DNA of 64,000 nt. It comes from Hypanus sabinus. Taxonomy: Eukaryota. The notes below the pieces were generated by a model. The model saw nothing but the letters and a program-made list of their open reading frames with translations, ran no database searches and was not told the DNA's origin. Below are positions 11,915 through 24,949 of this stretch, piece by piece. Location: NCBI RefSeq assembly GCF_030144855.1, contig NC_082732.1:18414001-18478000 (forward strand), read 5' to 3'. A program made the translations under genes and the position numbers. The first letter of the stretch is position 1; each line of letters opens with the position of its first letter.

Positions 11915-12440
11915 TGCTGGGTGTGGTGTATGGGATTTCTGTGGAGTGATAACACCTCTTGTAAAAGGGTTTGTCATGTCCGCTCAGGGACAGCTCACTC
12001 ACTCATCTTTGGTCCCCTCTGGACATTCAGCTCTCACCTGTGGCTTCAAGTGCATGTGACAGCAGCCACTCCTTGGTTCATCGCTTTGATAGGTGGGCGA
12101 AACCAGATGAGGGGAGCTGGTGGCATCATAGCTGAATGAGATTGGGACATGGCTGACCTAACATGCAAAGTCCGTTCTGGTGGTCTGGGCAGGTGCAATC
12201 TACAGTGAGATTCAGTGGCCAGGAAGACAGTACTACTTTGCTCCATGGAGAGACAAGAGTCAGGAGATGCCATGGTCATTTGCTGCAACCAAGAAAGACC
12301 CCAGATTGTGACGGCTGTTTCTATCAATGGACATGGACTTCTGAGGTCGAGAGAGTGGAACTGCCCAGTGCAACAACTTTTCCATTTTAAAAACTCCCCC
12401 ACAAGGTTTTCCATCATCTTTGGACATGAAAGACAGCCTG
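11915..12440 (+). mobile_element. Unclassified non-autonomous retroelement (RTE 5'-UTR-like)
   Basis: Repeat-like composition with an internal stem at 12028-12119; family assignment is from resemblance only. Confidence 0.3.
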
Positions 12441-12649
12441 ATTTTCGTAACACTATTTGATGCAATGCATATGGCAACTATTTTGTTAGGCAGTGCATTG
12501 CAGTCAAACTTGCAAAAGATCTGACACTATTTTATCGGTATTGGAGTGACAGAGCTGACTTCTCTCTTTCTGCAAACTCTCTGATGCACCCAACTACTTT
12601 TTGGAGAAGCATTCACAGGGAGGGTGAGCCCCGTGCAATTTGTTTTCAA

Positions 12650-13700
12650 GTATTGAGAACAGGAGATGGAATATTATGATGAGATTGTACAAGATATTGA
12701 TGAGGCCTAATTTGGAGCATTGTATGGATTTCAGAATTTTATCACTGGCATGTGACGTGAAATTTGTTAACTTAGCAGCAGCAATTCAATGCAATACATA
12801 ATCTAGCAGAGAGAAAAAAAATAAATAAGAAACTCAATTATATATGTTGAAAAGATTATTTAAAAATGTGCAAAAACAGAAATACTGTATATTAAAAAAA
12901 GTAAGGTAGTGTTCAAAGCTTCAAAGTCCATTCAGGAATCGGATGGCAGAGGGGAAGAAGCTGTTCCTGAATCACTGAGTGTGTGCCTTCAGGTTTCTGT
13001 ATCTCCTACTTGATGGTAACAGTGAGAAAAGGGCATGCCCTGGTTGCTGGAGGTCTTTAATAATGGATGCTGCCTTTCTGAGACACCACTCCCTAAAGAT
13101 GTCCTGGGCACTTTGTAGGCTATTGCCCAAAATGGAGCTGACTAGATATACAACCTTCTGGAGCTTCTTTCGGTCCTGTGCAGTAGGCCCTCCATACCAG
13201 ACAGTGATGCAGCCAGTCAGAATGCTCTCCACGGTACAACTATAGAAGTTTTTGAGTGTCTTCTGGTTTCCGCTCATTCATCTTCAAAAAAAAAATCAGT
13301 AAGATTAAAGGAACATAGAAAAAATTACAAGGATGTTGCCAGAACTTGAGGACTTGAGTTACTGGTAAAGGTTGACCAGGCTAGGGCTTTATTCCCTAGA
13401 ACGTAGGAGAGTGAGGGGAAATTTGATAGAGGTATACAAAATTATGAAGGTCACAGATAGGCTAAGTGCAATCAGGCTTTTTCCACTGAGGTTTCGGTTT
13501 CTATAACTTTATGACTCAATAGCTGACAAATGAGATTAAATTGTATCAATGTTTAAGAGGCATTTAGTCAGGCATATGAACAGGTAGGAATGGGGGAAGA
13601 TAGACAATGCTCAGGCCGATGGGATTAGTTTGGACTGTCATTGTGGCTGGCACACACATCGTGGACTGAATGGCCCGTTCCTGTTCCACTCTATCTATGT
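12650..13700 (+). mobile_element. CR1 fragment split by a Rex1-type insertion
   Basis: LYKILMRPNLEHC-like segment before 12735; resumes at ~13261 with RMLPELEDLSY..RLGLYSLERRR. Confidence 0.75.
12732..13260 (-). mobile_element. Rex1/Babar-type LINE 3' end
   Basis: ORF 12972-13277: NFYSCTVESILTGCITVWYG..RKAASIIKD..HALFSLLPSSRRYR. Confidence 0.85.
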
Positions 13701-14399
13701 TCTTCACAGAGGACAACAAAGATTCAGCTACATTGGAGTTACTTTGGGAGCCAGCTGTTGGGAAAGATTTGTTTGCGTAGTATTTCATTGATTTTATTGG
13801 ATTTTTTTTTGTTCTACTGTCAATGCTTGCAAGAAACTGTATCACAGGATGGCATTTATGTATGTACTTTGATAATAAATTCACTTTGAACTCTGTTTAC
13901 TTTTGAGTGATCTGAGATTCCAGTTTTGTTGCCGAACAGGACTGAACATATTGGGGTTCTGGGCTTCTTGACCTTTTGTTTTCAGCTCCAGATATTATTT
14001 CTCTCTTGCAGAGGAGAACATCATGTTAAAAACCTGGCCCACCATGAGGATATTTCATGGTGTCCCTGCAGGACATCTTTAACCAGAAAACATTACACTT
14101 AATCATATTCAATTACAGGTTATCACTGTCATCTTGTGGTTTTTAATTATGTACTGACGAAAGGCATTATCTTATCATTCAAAATTAAAATGGTCGTAAA
14201 GCAATTGAGGCTTCATTGAAAATTTACAGAAGGGAATTATATTCAAGGTCATTGCTTTGTGTAAAACATTCAGATGTTATTTAAAATGCAATCCTTGCAA
14301 TGTGGAATAACAAAATTTCTACTGGCTAATAGTGACGCTGCTTTAATGTATGGATTTTGACGAGGTGGACATGAGACAATTGGATCTAGAACAGCCTAT

Positions 14400-14815
14400 G
14401 TTTAATCTGTGCTAACTACTAGGGGACTGAAGGGAAAGTTCCCTCTGTGGGGGGCCTCCTCCAGGATGAGCAGTTGCCTTCCGGAAAGGAGATACAAAAA
14501 TGGACAACTAGGGAGAAGATGAAGAAAATTAGTTTATTTGACAGAATGTGGATGAACTACTTAAGGGGAATCTGAGGTGGAACATTTTCATTCAGAGCAT
14601 GGTGAGAGTGTGGAATGAGTTGCCAGAGGAGGTGATGGACGTGGGTTCGATTTCACCATTTAACAGAAGCTTGGATAACACATGAACAAGGGAGATATCG
14701 GGGTGGGTGGTCCAGGTGCAGGTTGGTAGGACTATGCAGAATAACAGTCAGCATGGACTAGATGGGCTGAAGGGTCTGTCTGTGTGCTACGGTGCTTTAT
14801 GAGTCCATGACTCAA
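14400..14815 (+). mobile_element. Degenerate CR1 3' end
   Basis: TTTTCATTCAGAGCATGGTGAGAGTGTGGAATGAGTTGCCAGAGGAGGTG and CR1 3' UTR. Confidence 0.65.
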
Positions 14816-15116
14816 AGTTGTTTCCAAGATAATCATATTTGACTGCTCAAAGTTACAAAGGGTACAGGTGACCTTGGATATTCAAGATCAAAAGGTAGAT
14901 TGTTCTTCTAGTGTGAATCTGTTTTTGAAAGGAATAGTGTTAGCTGAAATAGATTGGAAGACAATCTCATGATGGAACTAACTGTTAGGAAGTTTGGCAG
15001 GGAAAGAGTGATGTTGAAGGATGAGTGCAAAGAGTCCGCATCATGAATTTGTGTCAGATATAAAGTGGGTGATAATGGTCAGACACAACTCATGCCATTT
15101 CTTTTTCCACTGAGCT

Positions 15117-15400
15117 AGGTGGCATGTTGGTGCAATGGGTAGTGTTACTGCCTTGCAGCTCCTGACTTGCAGCTTACTGACTTCCACGCTGCCTGTATGC
15201 CTTGGATTTCACACTGTGCTCCAGTTTCCTCACACATTCCAAAAGTGGGTTAGTTACCTACTGTAAATTAACCCCTTATGGAGATGACTGGCAGGTGAAT
15301 CAGAGGAGGTATCAATGGGGACGTGTGAGAAAAAAGGTTACAGGGAGATTTGTGAGGGGATGGAATTTAAAAGGATTGCCATATAAGACAGTATAGACAC
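15117..15400 (+). mobile_element. Degenerate V-SINE
   Basis: tRNA-like head GGCATGTTGGTGCAATGGGTAG and V-domain TGCTCCAGTTTCCTCACACATTCCAAAAG. Confidence 0.55.
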
Positions 15401-15451
15401 AATGGACAACATGAACTTATTACAATTTGTAAGAAATGTACTTCCAATTTC

Positions 15452-15590
15452 AAACACGAGGAAATCTGCAGATGCTGGAAATTCAAGCAACACACACAAA
15501 ATGCTGGTGGAACACAGCAGGCTAGGCAGCATCTATAGGGAGAAGCACTGTCGACATTTGGGGCCGAGATCCTTCGTCAGGACTGACGAA
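15452..15590 (-). mobile_element. Short Penelope pLTR-derived repeat with mutated hammerhead motif (15548-15585)
   Basis: rc cagtc-CTGACGA-aggatctcggccc-CAAA-TGTC-gacag; G12 mutated to C. Confidence 0.75.
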
Positions 15591-16009
15591 CATTGGGGCG
15601 ATTACAAACCAGGAGACACTCCATTCACCTAAGATATCATGAATGCAGCCCAGAGATAGCAGTGATTAACATTCATTCTGGGTGTTGGTGTGAAGATCTA
15701 GATGTTTGAAAATTGTGTGCAACTCAAAGGGAGCATTATGAATGCATTGTAACTATAGAAATTGTCTTGGTGTTTGTTCTTAACATATCAAAATGAAAAG
15801 TAATATTGGGGTAGGGGAACGTCTTCCAAGAGTGTCTCTAGTATGAAGCCTCTTGCTGTGTGGAATAAAGACCTCGATATCAGTACCTTCAGTGTTTCTC
15901 GGTGACTTTGATCTCAGTCACAACATGCTATCTGCCAAATTTCTCACTGGAATCATTGTCATGTTATCATAACAACAGGATTTATATCTCTGAATCAGTG
16001 AATATTGGT

Positions 16010-16615
16010 GATATAGAGTCATGGAGTTATACTGCATGGAAACAGGCTCTTCTGCATGAATCCAACTCATTTACATGAACTACGAGTTCCATCTGGTTCC
16101 ATGGGCCTGCATTTTGGCCAAATCACTCTAGGCCTGTCCTATCCATTGTCTTTTGAACATTGTAATTTTACTCACCCCAACAGCTCATTCCATATAGCTA
16201 TCACTCCTTGTGTTGAAAAAGTTCTTCAGGTCTCCCTTAAATTTTCCCTCACCTTAAAAAAATGCCGTCTAGTTTTAGACTTCCCTACTGTGGAGAAAGT
16301 CTGACCACTTCCTCTGTCTATGCCCCTCATGAATCTACAGTACATACCTCCATAACATCACTCCTCAGCCTCTCCATTCTCCAGAGAAAAAAGCCCCAAC
16401 CAATCCAATTCCTCTTTATAACTGAAGCACAACAGTCATGGTTGGCTCCTTGTGAATAATTTCTGCACCCTTTCCAGCTTAATGACAATCTTCTCGAAGC
16501 TTGGAAACCAGAACTGTATACAATTCTTCAAGTATGGTCTCAACAATGTCTTGTACAGCTGTAACATGATGTCCCAACTAATCTACTCAAATGTCCTGAT
16601 CGATGAAGACAAGTT
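16010..16615 (-). mobile_element. Degenerate CR1 3' end
   Basis: Reverse complement gives LYKTLLRPYLKNCIQFW-like sequence and a CR1 tail. Confidence 0.7.
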
Positions 16616-17096
16616 CTTCACCAAAGGTGCTAAATCTACATAGCGATCTGGTCAGACTCCATCATAAATAGAGTTCACTCATTGTAGCACAGTCATCTTA
16701 CTGATGTTGCACAAAAGGATTGGTAGATTCACTTCTGGTAACTGTAAGGTGCATTCTGGAGTTAGGGTATATAGCAAATATTAAGCCTCAGCAACCAACC
16801 TTCAGGCCTGAATATAGATTGTAGATTGAATTTAAAATGCAGCCATTAATTGACTGTCTAATTGACTTAAGATGTCTGAATATGCATGAATGCAATCAAC
16901 ATCCAATTGCACCAATACAACTGAGAGACCACAGTAATTAACTTTCATTTTGGGTGAGATGGGGGGAAGATCCAGGCATTTGATAACTACATGTAACTCA
17001 AAAGAAGCATTATGAAGGCTTTGTAACTGTAGACATTGTCCTGTTAGCTTTGTTCTTTCACATATAAAAATGTGCTGTAATGTTGGGTTGGGGGAT

Positions 17097-17140
17097 TCTC
17101 TGTCTCTCTGTCTCTCTCTCTCTCTCTCTCTTTCTTTCTT
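17097..17140 (+). repeat. (CT)n / CTTT microsatellite
   Basis: Direct reading. Confidence 0.85.
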
Positions 17141-17639
17141 GCTTTCATGATTCTGAAGCTGCCAGTTTTGTGTATCCCAAATAAAGACTTTAATGACTTT
17201 TTAAAAATGAATTTTATATCTACCAGCTGCGTCTCTCCAGTGATTTTGGTCACGTTACAACAGTAACGATGATAAACTCTGGAAACAAAATTGATAACGG
17301 TTGATTGGAAATTTCTGGGATACTTCAACCCTGAAATAACTTGTCCTCTAGATGGGGCAGTGGAATCATATTACAAGCAGTTTGATGTTGAGTAGGTTTC
17401 AATCTAAGGGTAAGCATGTTGAGTGGAATGGTTTCATCTATGTGTTGGCAGGGGATTGATTCACACCTCATACTAATTGCGTCCTCAGGCAACGTGCAAG
17501 CACACTCATACAAAAAGCAATAGAAATTACTAAAGCATGAACATCATGCCACATAAGGATGAGCCCCTATAAGTTAATTACAACATCATCGTGGATGATC
17601 GACTGCTGGAAAATGAGACTACACACATGGCGGGGGGGG

Positions 17640-19340
17640 GGACAAAGAAATGGTGGATGACTGAATAAGTACTTTCTGTTAGTCATCACTGTGGGAGACA
17701 CCAGCAGCATACAGTGCGAGAAATTCAAGAGAATCAGAGGGCAAAAGTGGGTAGAGTCACTATTACTAAGAAGGTGCTTGGGAAGCTGTAAGATCTGAAG
17801 ATGGATAGATCACTTGGACTAGATGGACTACACTCTGGGTTTCTGAAAGAGGTAGCTGAAGAAATTGTGGACCAATCTAAGTGACTTTTCAAGGATCACA
17901 AGATTCTGGAAATGTTCTCAGAGGATTTGAACAATGGAAATCTCACTCCATCCTTTAAGAAAACAAGAAATTGTAGCTTGACTTCAGTGGCAGGTAGAAG
18001 TTTAGTGTCCATTATTAAGGATGAGGTTTATGGGTACTTGGAAACACTTCTTAAAATAGGCCAAAGTCTGCATGGTTTTCTTGAAGGGAGATCTTGCTTG
18101 ATTAATCTGTCGGAAGTCTTTAAGGAATTAACAAGCAGAATAGACAAAGGTGAGTGATTTTTTTAAAACTTGAATTTACTTGGTTTTGATACGCTGCTGA
18201 GCACGATGCTGCCAAACAAGGTAGGAGCCCATGGTATTATGGGAAATGTACTAGTATGGATAAAAGATTAGTGCTTTGGCAGATGGTAAAAAGTGGGAAT
18301 AAAGGAGACTTTTACTGATTGGCTGCTGGAGTTTCATGGATTGATGTTTGGTCCGCTTCTTTTCATATTATACTTTAATGATCTGGATGATGGAATTGAT
18401 GGCTTCATGCCCAAGTTTGTGGACGATACAAAGATAGGTAGGGGAGCAGGTGGTGTTGAAGAAGCAGGGAATCTGTTGAAGGACTTGGACAGTTTGGGAG
18501 AATGGGCAAAGCAGTGGTAGGTGGAAAGCAGCACAGGGAAGTGCATGATCATGGATTTTGGTAGGAGGAATAAAGGCATAGACTGTTTTCTAACTGGGAA
18601 GAGAATTAAGAAATTTGCACCAGAATGGGATTTGGGAGTCCAATTGCAGGATCCCTTTAAGGTTAAGTCGCAGGTTGAATCAGTAGTAAGGAAGGCAAAT
18701 ACAATGTCAGCATTCATCTCAAGAGAAGTAGACTATAAAAGCAAGGATGTACAGTAATGCTGAGTAGTCCTGAAGCTTTATAACGCATTGGTCAGACCAC
18801 ATTTGTAGCATTGTAAACAGTTTTGGGTGTAAGAGGGGATGTGCTCGCATTGAACATTAGCAAAAAAAATCTTGGGAATGAAATGGTTAATGCATGAGGA
18901 GTGTTTCTTGGACCTGAACCTGGACCTGTAATCACTGGAGTTTAGAAGGATGATGTGGGATCTCATTGATATCTACCAAATATAGGAAGGTCTGGAAAGA
19001 GTGGAGGGGGACAGAATGTTTTCAGCGGTGGGGAACCTAAGACCAGAGAGCGGAGCCTCAGCATAAAAGTATGTCCCTATAGATGGAGGAATTTCTTTAG
19101 CTGGAAGGTGTTGAATTTGTGCAACAATTGCTACACACTGCAGTGGAAGTCAAGTCATTGCGTATATTTAAAACATAAGTTAATAGGTTTTTAATAGGTA
19201 AGGGTGTCAAAATTGCAGGGAGTAGACTGGAGAGTGGGTTGAGAGAGAAATATTATTTAGCCACGATCAGCCAATTGGCCGAACAGATTCAATGGACGGA
19301 ATGACCTAATTCTGCTCATATGTCCCATGGTCTTATGGTA
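17640..19340 (+). mobile_element. CR1 LINE, ~1.7 kb decayed RT and 3' end
   Basis: SLTSVAGR..SLHGFLEGRSCLINL, GPLLFILYFNDLDDG..KFVDDTKIG, DLGVQLQD..VRKANTMSAFISR; multiple stops and frameshifts. Confidence 0.9.
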
Positions 19341-21217
19341 ACCAATTTAGCTTGACCAGTTGACTCAGCAGAGATCAGGAACTGAACCTGTATTGACTGA
19401 GGTGTGGGAGGAGAAATTCAGCAATGCTCTCAGTGAATAAAATTATTGCTTTTGCTTCTTACAAAATAGCAGTTCTGTCAAAAAATATCCGTAAGAAAAT
19501 AATGTAAATAAGTACTCAGCTGCTTCTGAGAACTCAGACAAAATTTAAGAAAGCACTAGTGCTCTAAGACGCTGTCAAGGTAATAAGAAAGGAAGACAGA
19601 CAGAAGTGATAACATTAAATTTTCAAATGTTTAGCAATTGGGAAGACCAAGTCCATATTCACTATTTTGATATAAGGTACGCGGCAAGCCTGTGCAGACA
19701 AACTGCAGGAACAATTCATGTTTCTATTTCTCAGTGATTTGGATAATGAAAACAATATATTAGGTTTTCATACCCTTCACTTTAATGTAATATTTAGCTT
19801 GGTAGTACCCTGCCTCTGTTTTGTAATTAATGGATTCCTGCTAATTCTGTCAGTTTCTTGCTGCATCACTGTAGATTTTTACCATCAATGAAAATATTTC
19901 GACAAGAATATGACTCTTCATAACTTTTGCCCATTCTATTATGTTTACAAGGTACTGTATCTTTTATTGTCCTTTTACCCAAGCTTGTTCTTCTTTCTGG
20001 TTTTCTTCTTGATTTAGGTTGGGCAGATGAAATTCCTTTGAACTGCCCCCTTGTTACTACTAAGGTACATGTATTATGGACTTGTATGTTATGCTTCCTT
20101 CCTGCATCCACACTATTTCGAGATTAAGGTTCACTGCATCTAATTCCAGCAGTTCCACTCAGGAATTTATCACTCAGGAACTCCTTACCTAAATCCTCTA
20201 ATCTATTGGAAGAAGAGAGTAACTGCTGATGCAAAATGAAATTGACAGGCCTGAAATGCTTTCAGGAACAGAAACTGGTTAGCAGGTCTGGCAACATCGG
20301 TGGAAAGATAAATAGGGTGAGTGTCACCCTATGTCAGAACACTGTCCTGGTCTGTCCAACCTTCCTGCACCTACAGTAGCAACATGATTAGATGACAGGT
20401 AGGTGACACTGAACTCGACTCATTAAACCTGTACTGTATATAGTTGGAGAGCTTAATGATGGGGTGGGGTAGTAGAGTAAGGACTGAAAGTAGGATACTG
20501 TATAATGAATCACCACATTGAGGCCAGCCGTATAGAACCTGGAATCTATCACTAAGAGGGGAACAATCTCAGCCAAATTAAGCACCAGCTTTGATGCAAG
20601 AAACTAAGAGAGTAGATCTTGACTAGATGCTAGGCTTTTGGAATGAGAAGGAACGGGCTCTCAGATCATCTTGTGTGTTCTCCAGGACAATTCTCTTACA
20701 TTGCTGGAATGTTAGCTGTTGCACGTCAAAGTCACTGGATGTCTTTGCGGCCCTGGGCTGCTGCAGGCTGCATTTCCCCTGCTAGAAAATAGGACCACGC
20801 ACAGCTCTGGCATAAACAAGTGAAAGTGTCTGCAAAAATATATAAGTTTCTGGGAAGTTGACAAAATAAAAATACGGTACATCACAATATTGAAAGGTGG
20901 ACATTATTATTGGAAAACCATGATACGTGAACGCTCATGAGGGTCTCATTCGCTGCTTCTTTTAACTCAGTATTGGATTATACGCGCTGTGGTCAAATTT
21001 GATATTTCATTGCCCTCTCTATTGATTCAACAGAATGGCTCTTCAGAGGACAGATTTAAAAAAAGCAGGTACGTTTGGAATCACATGTAGACTAAGCCAT
21101 GTGAGAACTGTAAATTTCCTTCTTTGAAGGACATAACTGAACAATTCCTGCTTTTGCAAAAGCCCAATGAATGTATAATAGTTTTCTAAACTGTAATGTA
21201 ATTCATACATGATCATA

Positions 21218-21839
21218 GAAGGGGTGATTGATAAGTTCGTGGCCTACGGTAGAAGGAGTCAATTTTAGAAAACCTAGCACATTTATTTTTCCTACATTTA
21301 CTCGCTTAGTCCAGCAGTCGTGGGGCATATGGATCCCTTCTTTGTAGAAGTCAGCGTCTTGGACCTCCAGAAGTGGTCCACAGAATGGGGTGATTGATAA
21401 GTTCGTGGCCTAAGGCAGAAGGAGATGAGGTATTAACTTCAAACTTTCTGCATTTTCACTCAGAGTTGAACTGTACGTGCATGTAACGAGAGCTGTAGAA
21501 TTCATCTCCTTCTACCCTGGGCCACGAACTTATCAATCACCCCTGCTGTGGACCACCTGGAGGTCCAAGACACTCTTGCTACATGCATGTGCAGTTCAAC
21601 TCTTTGAGTGATAATGCAGAAGGTTTGAAGTTAATAACTCATCTCCTTCTACCTTAGGCCACAAACTTATCAACTACCCCTGCTGTGGACCACTTCTACA
21701 AAGAAGGGATCCGTATGCTCTACAACCACCAGACTAAGTGTGTACATGTAGGAGGGGACTATGTTGAAAAATAAATGTGCTAGGTTTTCTAAAACTGACT
21801 CCTTCTACCTTAGGCCACGAACTTATCAAACACCCCTTG
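21218..21839. mobile_element. Palindromic mariner-derived MITE with five TIR-motif copies
   Basis: TA at 21216-17 and 21840-41. TIR motif GGGGTGATTGATAAGTTCGTGGCCTA(A)GG forward at ~21221 and ~21387, reverse at ~21506, ~21643 and ~21799. Mariner C-terminus HFYKEGIRMLYNHQTKCVHVGGDYVEK* at 21691-21774. Confidence 0.9.
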
Positions 21840-24016
21840 TAATGGGATTTGGATTTGAATTTGAATCAGTCTTGATCTTAGATAACCAGCACAGTAAGAT
21901 ATAACATACATTTATAATTCTGATGTGGATATTGAAGTAAAATAATAGGAAGATGTAACTAGCCTGCAACTTTTGAGGGTATCTTGAAGCATTCACGTGA
22001 ATGCATTCAAAGAAGTGCTTCTGAAGTTGTGTGTTGGGAGATGGTGGATGGGGTGGAGAGAAGTGGATTGATGGGTCATGGGAGACATCAGAAGAACAGT
22101 GAAATGGAGTGATCATGAGGTTTGGGTTGATTGGTGGGATGGATCACCGAGAACTGGAGAACTGGAGCTTCTTTTAAGGAAGAACAACCCGTATTATAGG
22201 AAACCTTATAGATGGGTTCCTCAGCAGAGCCCTGGGTAACTTTGAAGTCCTTGTATAACGAGAAACAGCTTTTAACCCTGCAGTCAGCCCTACTCCCGAC
22301 ACTGAGCTCTGAACTATGTGTATAATACAAGTTTGCAGGAGCAAATCAATCACGATTTGTTCCCTCAGTGATGTATTTATGAGTTCTGAGTGTGTCAGAT
22401 CATGTATGAATTACAACACAGTAGAATCAGGAGAGAATACCCTGAAGTAAGCCCAATGTGCTCGGAGAGACTGTGAGAGTTTAGCAAGCAAGTTTTAGAT
22501 AGAGTTCTGTGGCAGGGCACACAAAGTGATTATATTATACCCATAAAATTTCAAGATCTGGAACTCCCCCACAGAAACTCTGAATGTCTGGAAGATTCAG
22601 AACTGATACTGATAGTGGGAAGAGGGCAGGGAGATGGAAACCACAGTTGGGAAAAGAGGAAGGGAGAGGGGAGAGGGGAGGGAGCGGGAACCACCAGAGA
22701 GACGTTCTGTAATGATCAATAAGCAAATTGTTTGCAATGAAACAACCTTGTGTGGTGTCTCAGGGCTGTGTGTGTCTGCACCCGCACTACACCCTCACCC
22801 TTGGCCACCTGTCCCACACCCCTCCCATGGCGTTCCACCCTCACCATTCCCAACATTCTTTATTCTCGCCAGATTTACAAACTCGCTCTTCACTCCATGG
22901 TAACAAATATAGTACAGTACAAACACCTTACTATGTATATGCATCTAAGACTTTTGCAAGTACTGAAGAATGATACAACACAGGAGCAGGACCTTTGCTC
23001 CGTGATGTGGTGCCAAACTAACTAAACTAGTAATTAAACTAGTTCTATTATCAAAATTAAATAGCAGAACTGGTCTTGGGAGTCGAGTGGCCCACACTAT
23101 CCCTTCATTAGGCCTACACAAGGTTATAGTTCTGGTTTCATGATCTAGTTGTGATATATTTGCCAACCTCATCCACAGCAAAGGTCAATTCACTACAGTA
23201 AGTTCCAGCCTTTATCAAGGAGGAAGTGAAAATAGAATAGAGAAACATAGTAGACCGAGGTAAAATAGTTAGAGAGAAAAATAAATAATTAGGCAAGAAG
23301 GCAATAAATAGAGAGAGGGAGAAAACAGAAGATAAATAGATCAAAAACAGAAAATGTTAGAAACAGTCAGGAAGGCAGCACCCATGGAAAGAGGAGCAAT
23401 TAGTATTCAAGCCAAAGAATTGGGTGGGTGGCACAAAATAAGTTAGTTTTCCCCAAAAATTAATTTGTTTTTCTCCTTCGCAGGCCTGGATCTGAAAGGT
23501 GAACTGTTTCTCTTTCTACTGGTGCAGCCCTGATTTGCCAAGTGTTTCCAGCATTTTCTGTTTTAATTTCATGTTTACAGCGAGTGGGTTTGTTTCATTT
23601 TCTTTAGCAAGACCGATAGGCAGACAGATGGACTGACAGCTGGATAAATAGATATAGTCATTCTTGAAAATATAATAATACAAAAACATATTTAGATTAG
23701 CACAGCTCACAGCAAGGTGCAAGAAAAATATCCTACCCCAACGTGCACTGTAAAATTTAATTAATTCAGATCTGAATACAGATTTAGTACCGACAGATAT
23801 ATGGTAGTTGGATATACAGTGAGATGGGAAGGTATTCAGCTCTTTAAACACCTCGATGTTGGTCTTTCCTAAACCTAAGGATAGGGTAAGATGTTAAGGT
23901 GCAAAAATATAAAGAGAAAAAGGAGTACTATTGGTTCCCAACTTCAGAAGGAGGCCGTCTAATATCAGCATTGGACAATGAGTACGGTTGTTATCGGAAG
24001 AGAGTTATATTTATTG

Positions 24017-24083
24017 AAGAACACACACAAAATGCTGGTGGGACACAGCAGGCCAAGCAGTGTCCATAGGAAGAAGCTCTGTC
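24017..24083 (-). mobile_element. 67-bp Penelope pLTR tail insertion with 8-bp TSD
   Basis: ATTTATTG at 24009-24016 and 24084-24091 flank ACACACAAAATGCTGG..GAAGCTCTGTC. Confidence 0.75.
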
Positions 24084-24091
24084 ATTTATTG

Positions 24092-24360
24092 TTATTTATT
24101 GACTAATTTAAAGATACAGCCGGAACAGGCTCTTCCAGCCTAACGAGCTACACCGCCCAGTTCAGAGCAACTTACAATGACCAATTAACTGTACTGGTAA
24201 CTGGTACACCTTTGGAATGTGGGAAGAAACTGAAGCACTCAGAGTAAACCCATGCAGTTACAGAGACAATGTACAAACTCCTGGTAGATGGCGCCGGAAT
24301 TGAACTCTGAACTCTGACACCCCGGAGTGGTAATAGCATCCGCTATGCTACCGTGGCACC
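24092..24360 (-). mobile_element. V-SINE
   Basis: rc GGTGCCACGGTAGCATAGCGG head and GAGTTTGTACATTGTCTCTGTAACTGCATGGGTTTACTC V-domain. Confidence 0.7.
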
Positions 24361-24949
24361 ATTAGCGTTGTTGGCTGCTCCTTCACACATCCTCCGGAGC
24401 GAAGGGACATAGCGTAGGTTACACTGGGTCTCTCGCCCAGCAGGCTTCCCAGAAAATGTGGAAGATGTTATCGATTCTCACATCACATGCATGACATTTC
24501 CAAGCATCTGCTTTTTTCCGATGAGTAATTCTTGTTTCAGTCTGGGAACCAAACCTTGTGAACATGATGCAAAGAGAGTGGTATTCTGGCATTATGGGTC
24601 AGCATTCTTATTCTTAAAACCTTAGGGACTAAACATCTTGGTGCTGAGTACGTGTTCTAATTCTGGGTCTTAGTTGGGATTGTGACCTTTCTGTGAAATG
24701 GGATAGGACTTTTCTCACTTTTTGTTTATTGTACTGAGGACCTACTACCTGTGAGTTGGCTGGAAATTTTGCTCTTTGTATGTATTGGACTGGGGTTCAG
24801 TTTTTAGGCATTGGGATGTGGTTCCGACCGGCAAAACCAATATTTATTGCTTATCCCTAATTACCCTTGAGGCGTAGAAATGAGTTACTTCCCTGAACCG
24901 CTACCATTTCTCTGGTGAAGGTACTCTTACAATACTATTGGTTTAGGAA

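Noticed and set aside
17342-17362. CTCF-like motif CCTCTAGATGGGGCAG
   Set aside because: Mismatches at key core positions; chance match is likely.
21218-21839. Recurrent ~35-bp repeats superficially like a CRISPR array
   Set aside because: Repeats occur in both orientations with mirrored spacers and a mariner C-terminus; eukaryotic MITE, no cas genes.
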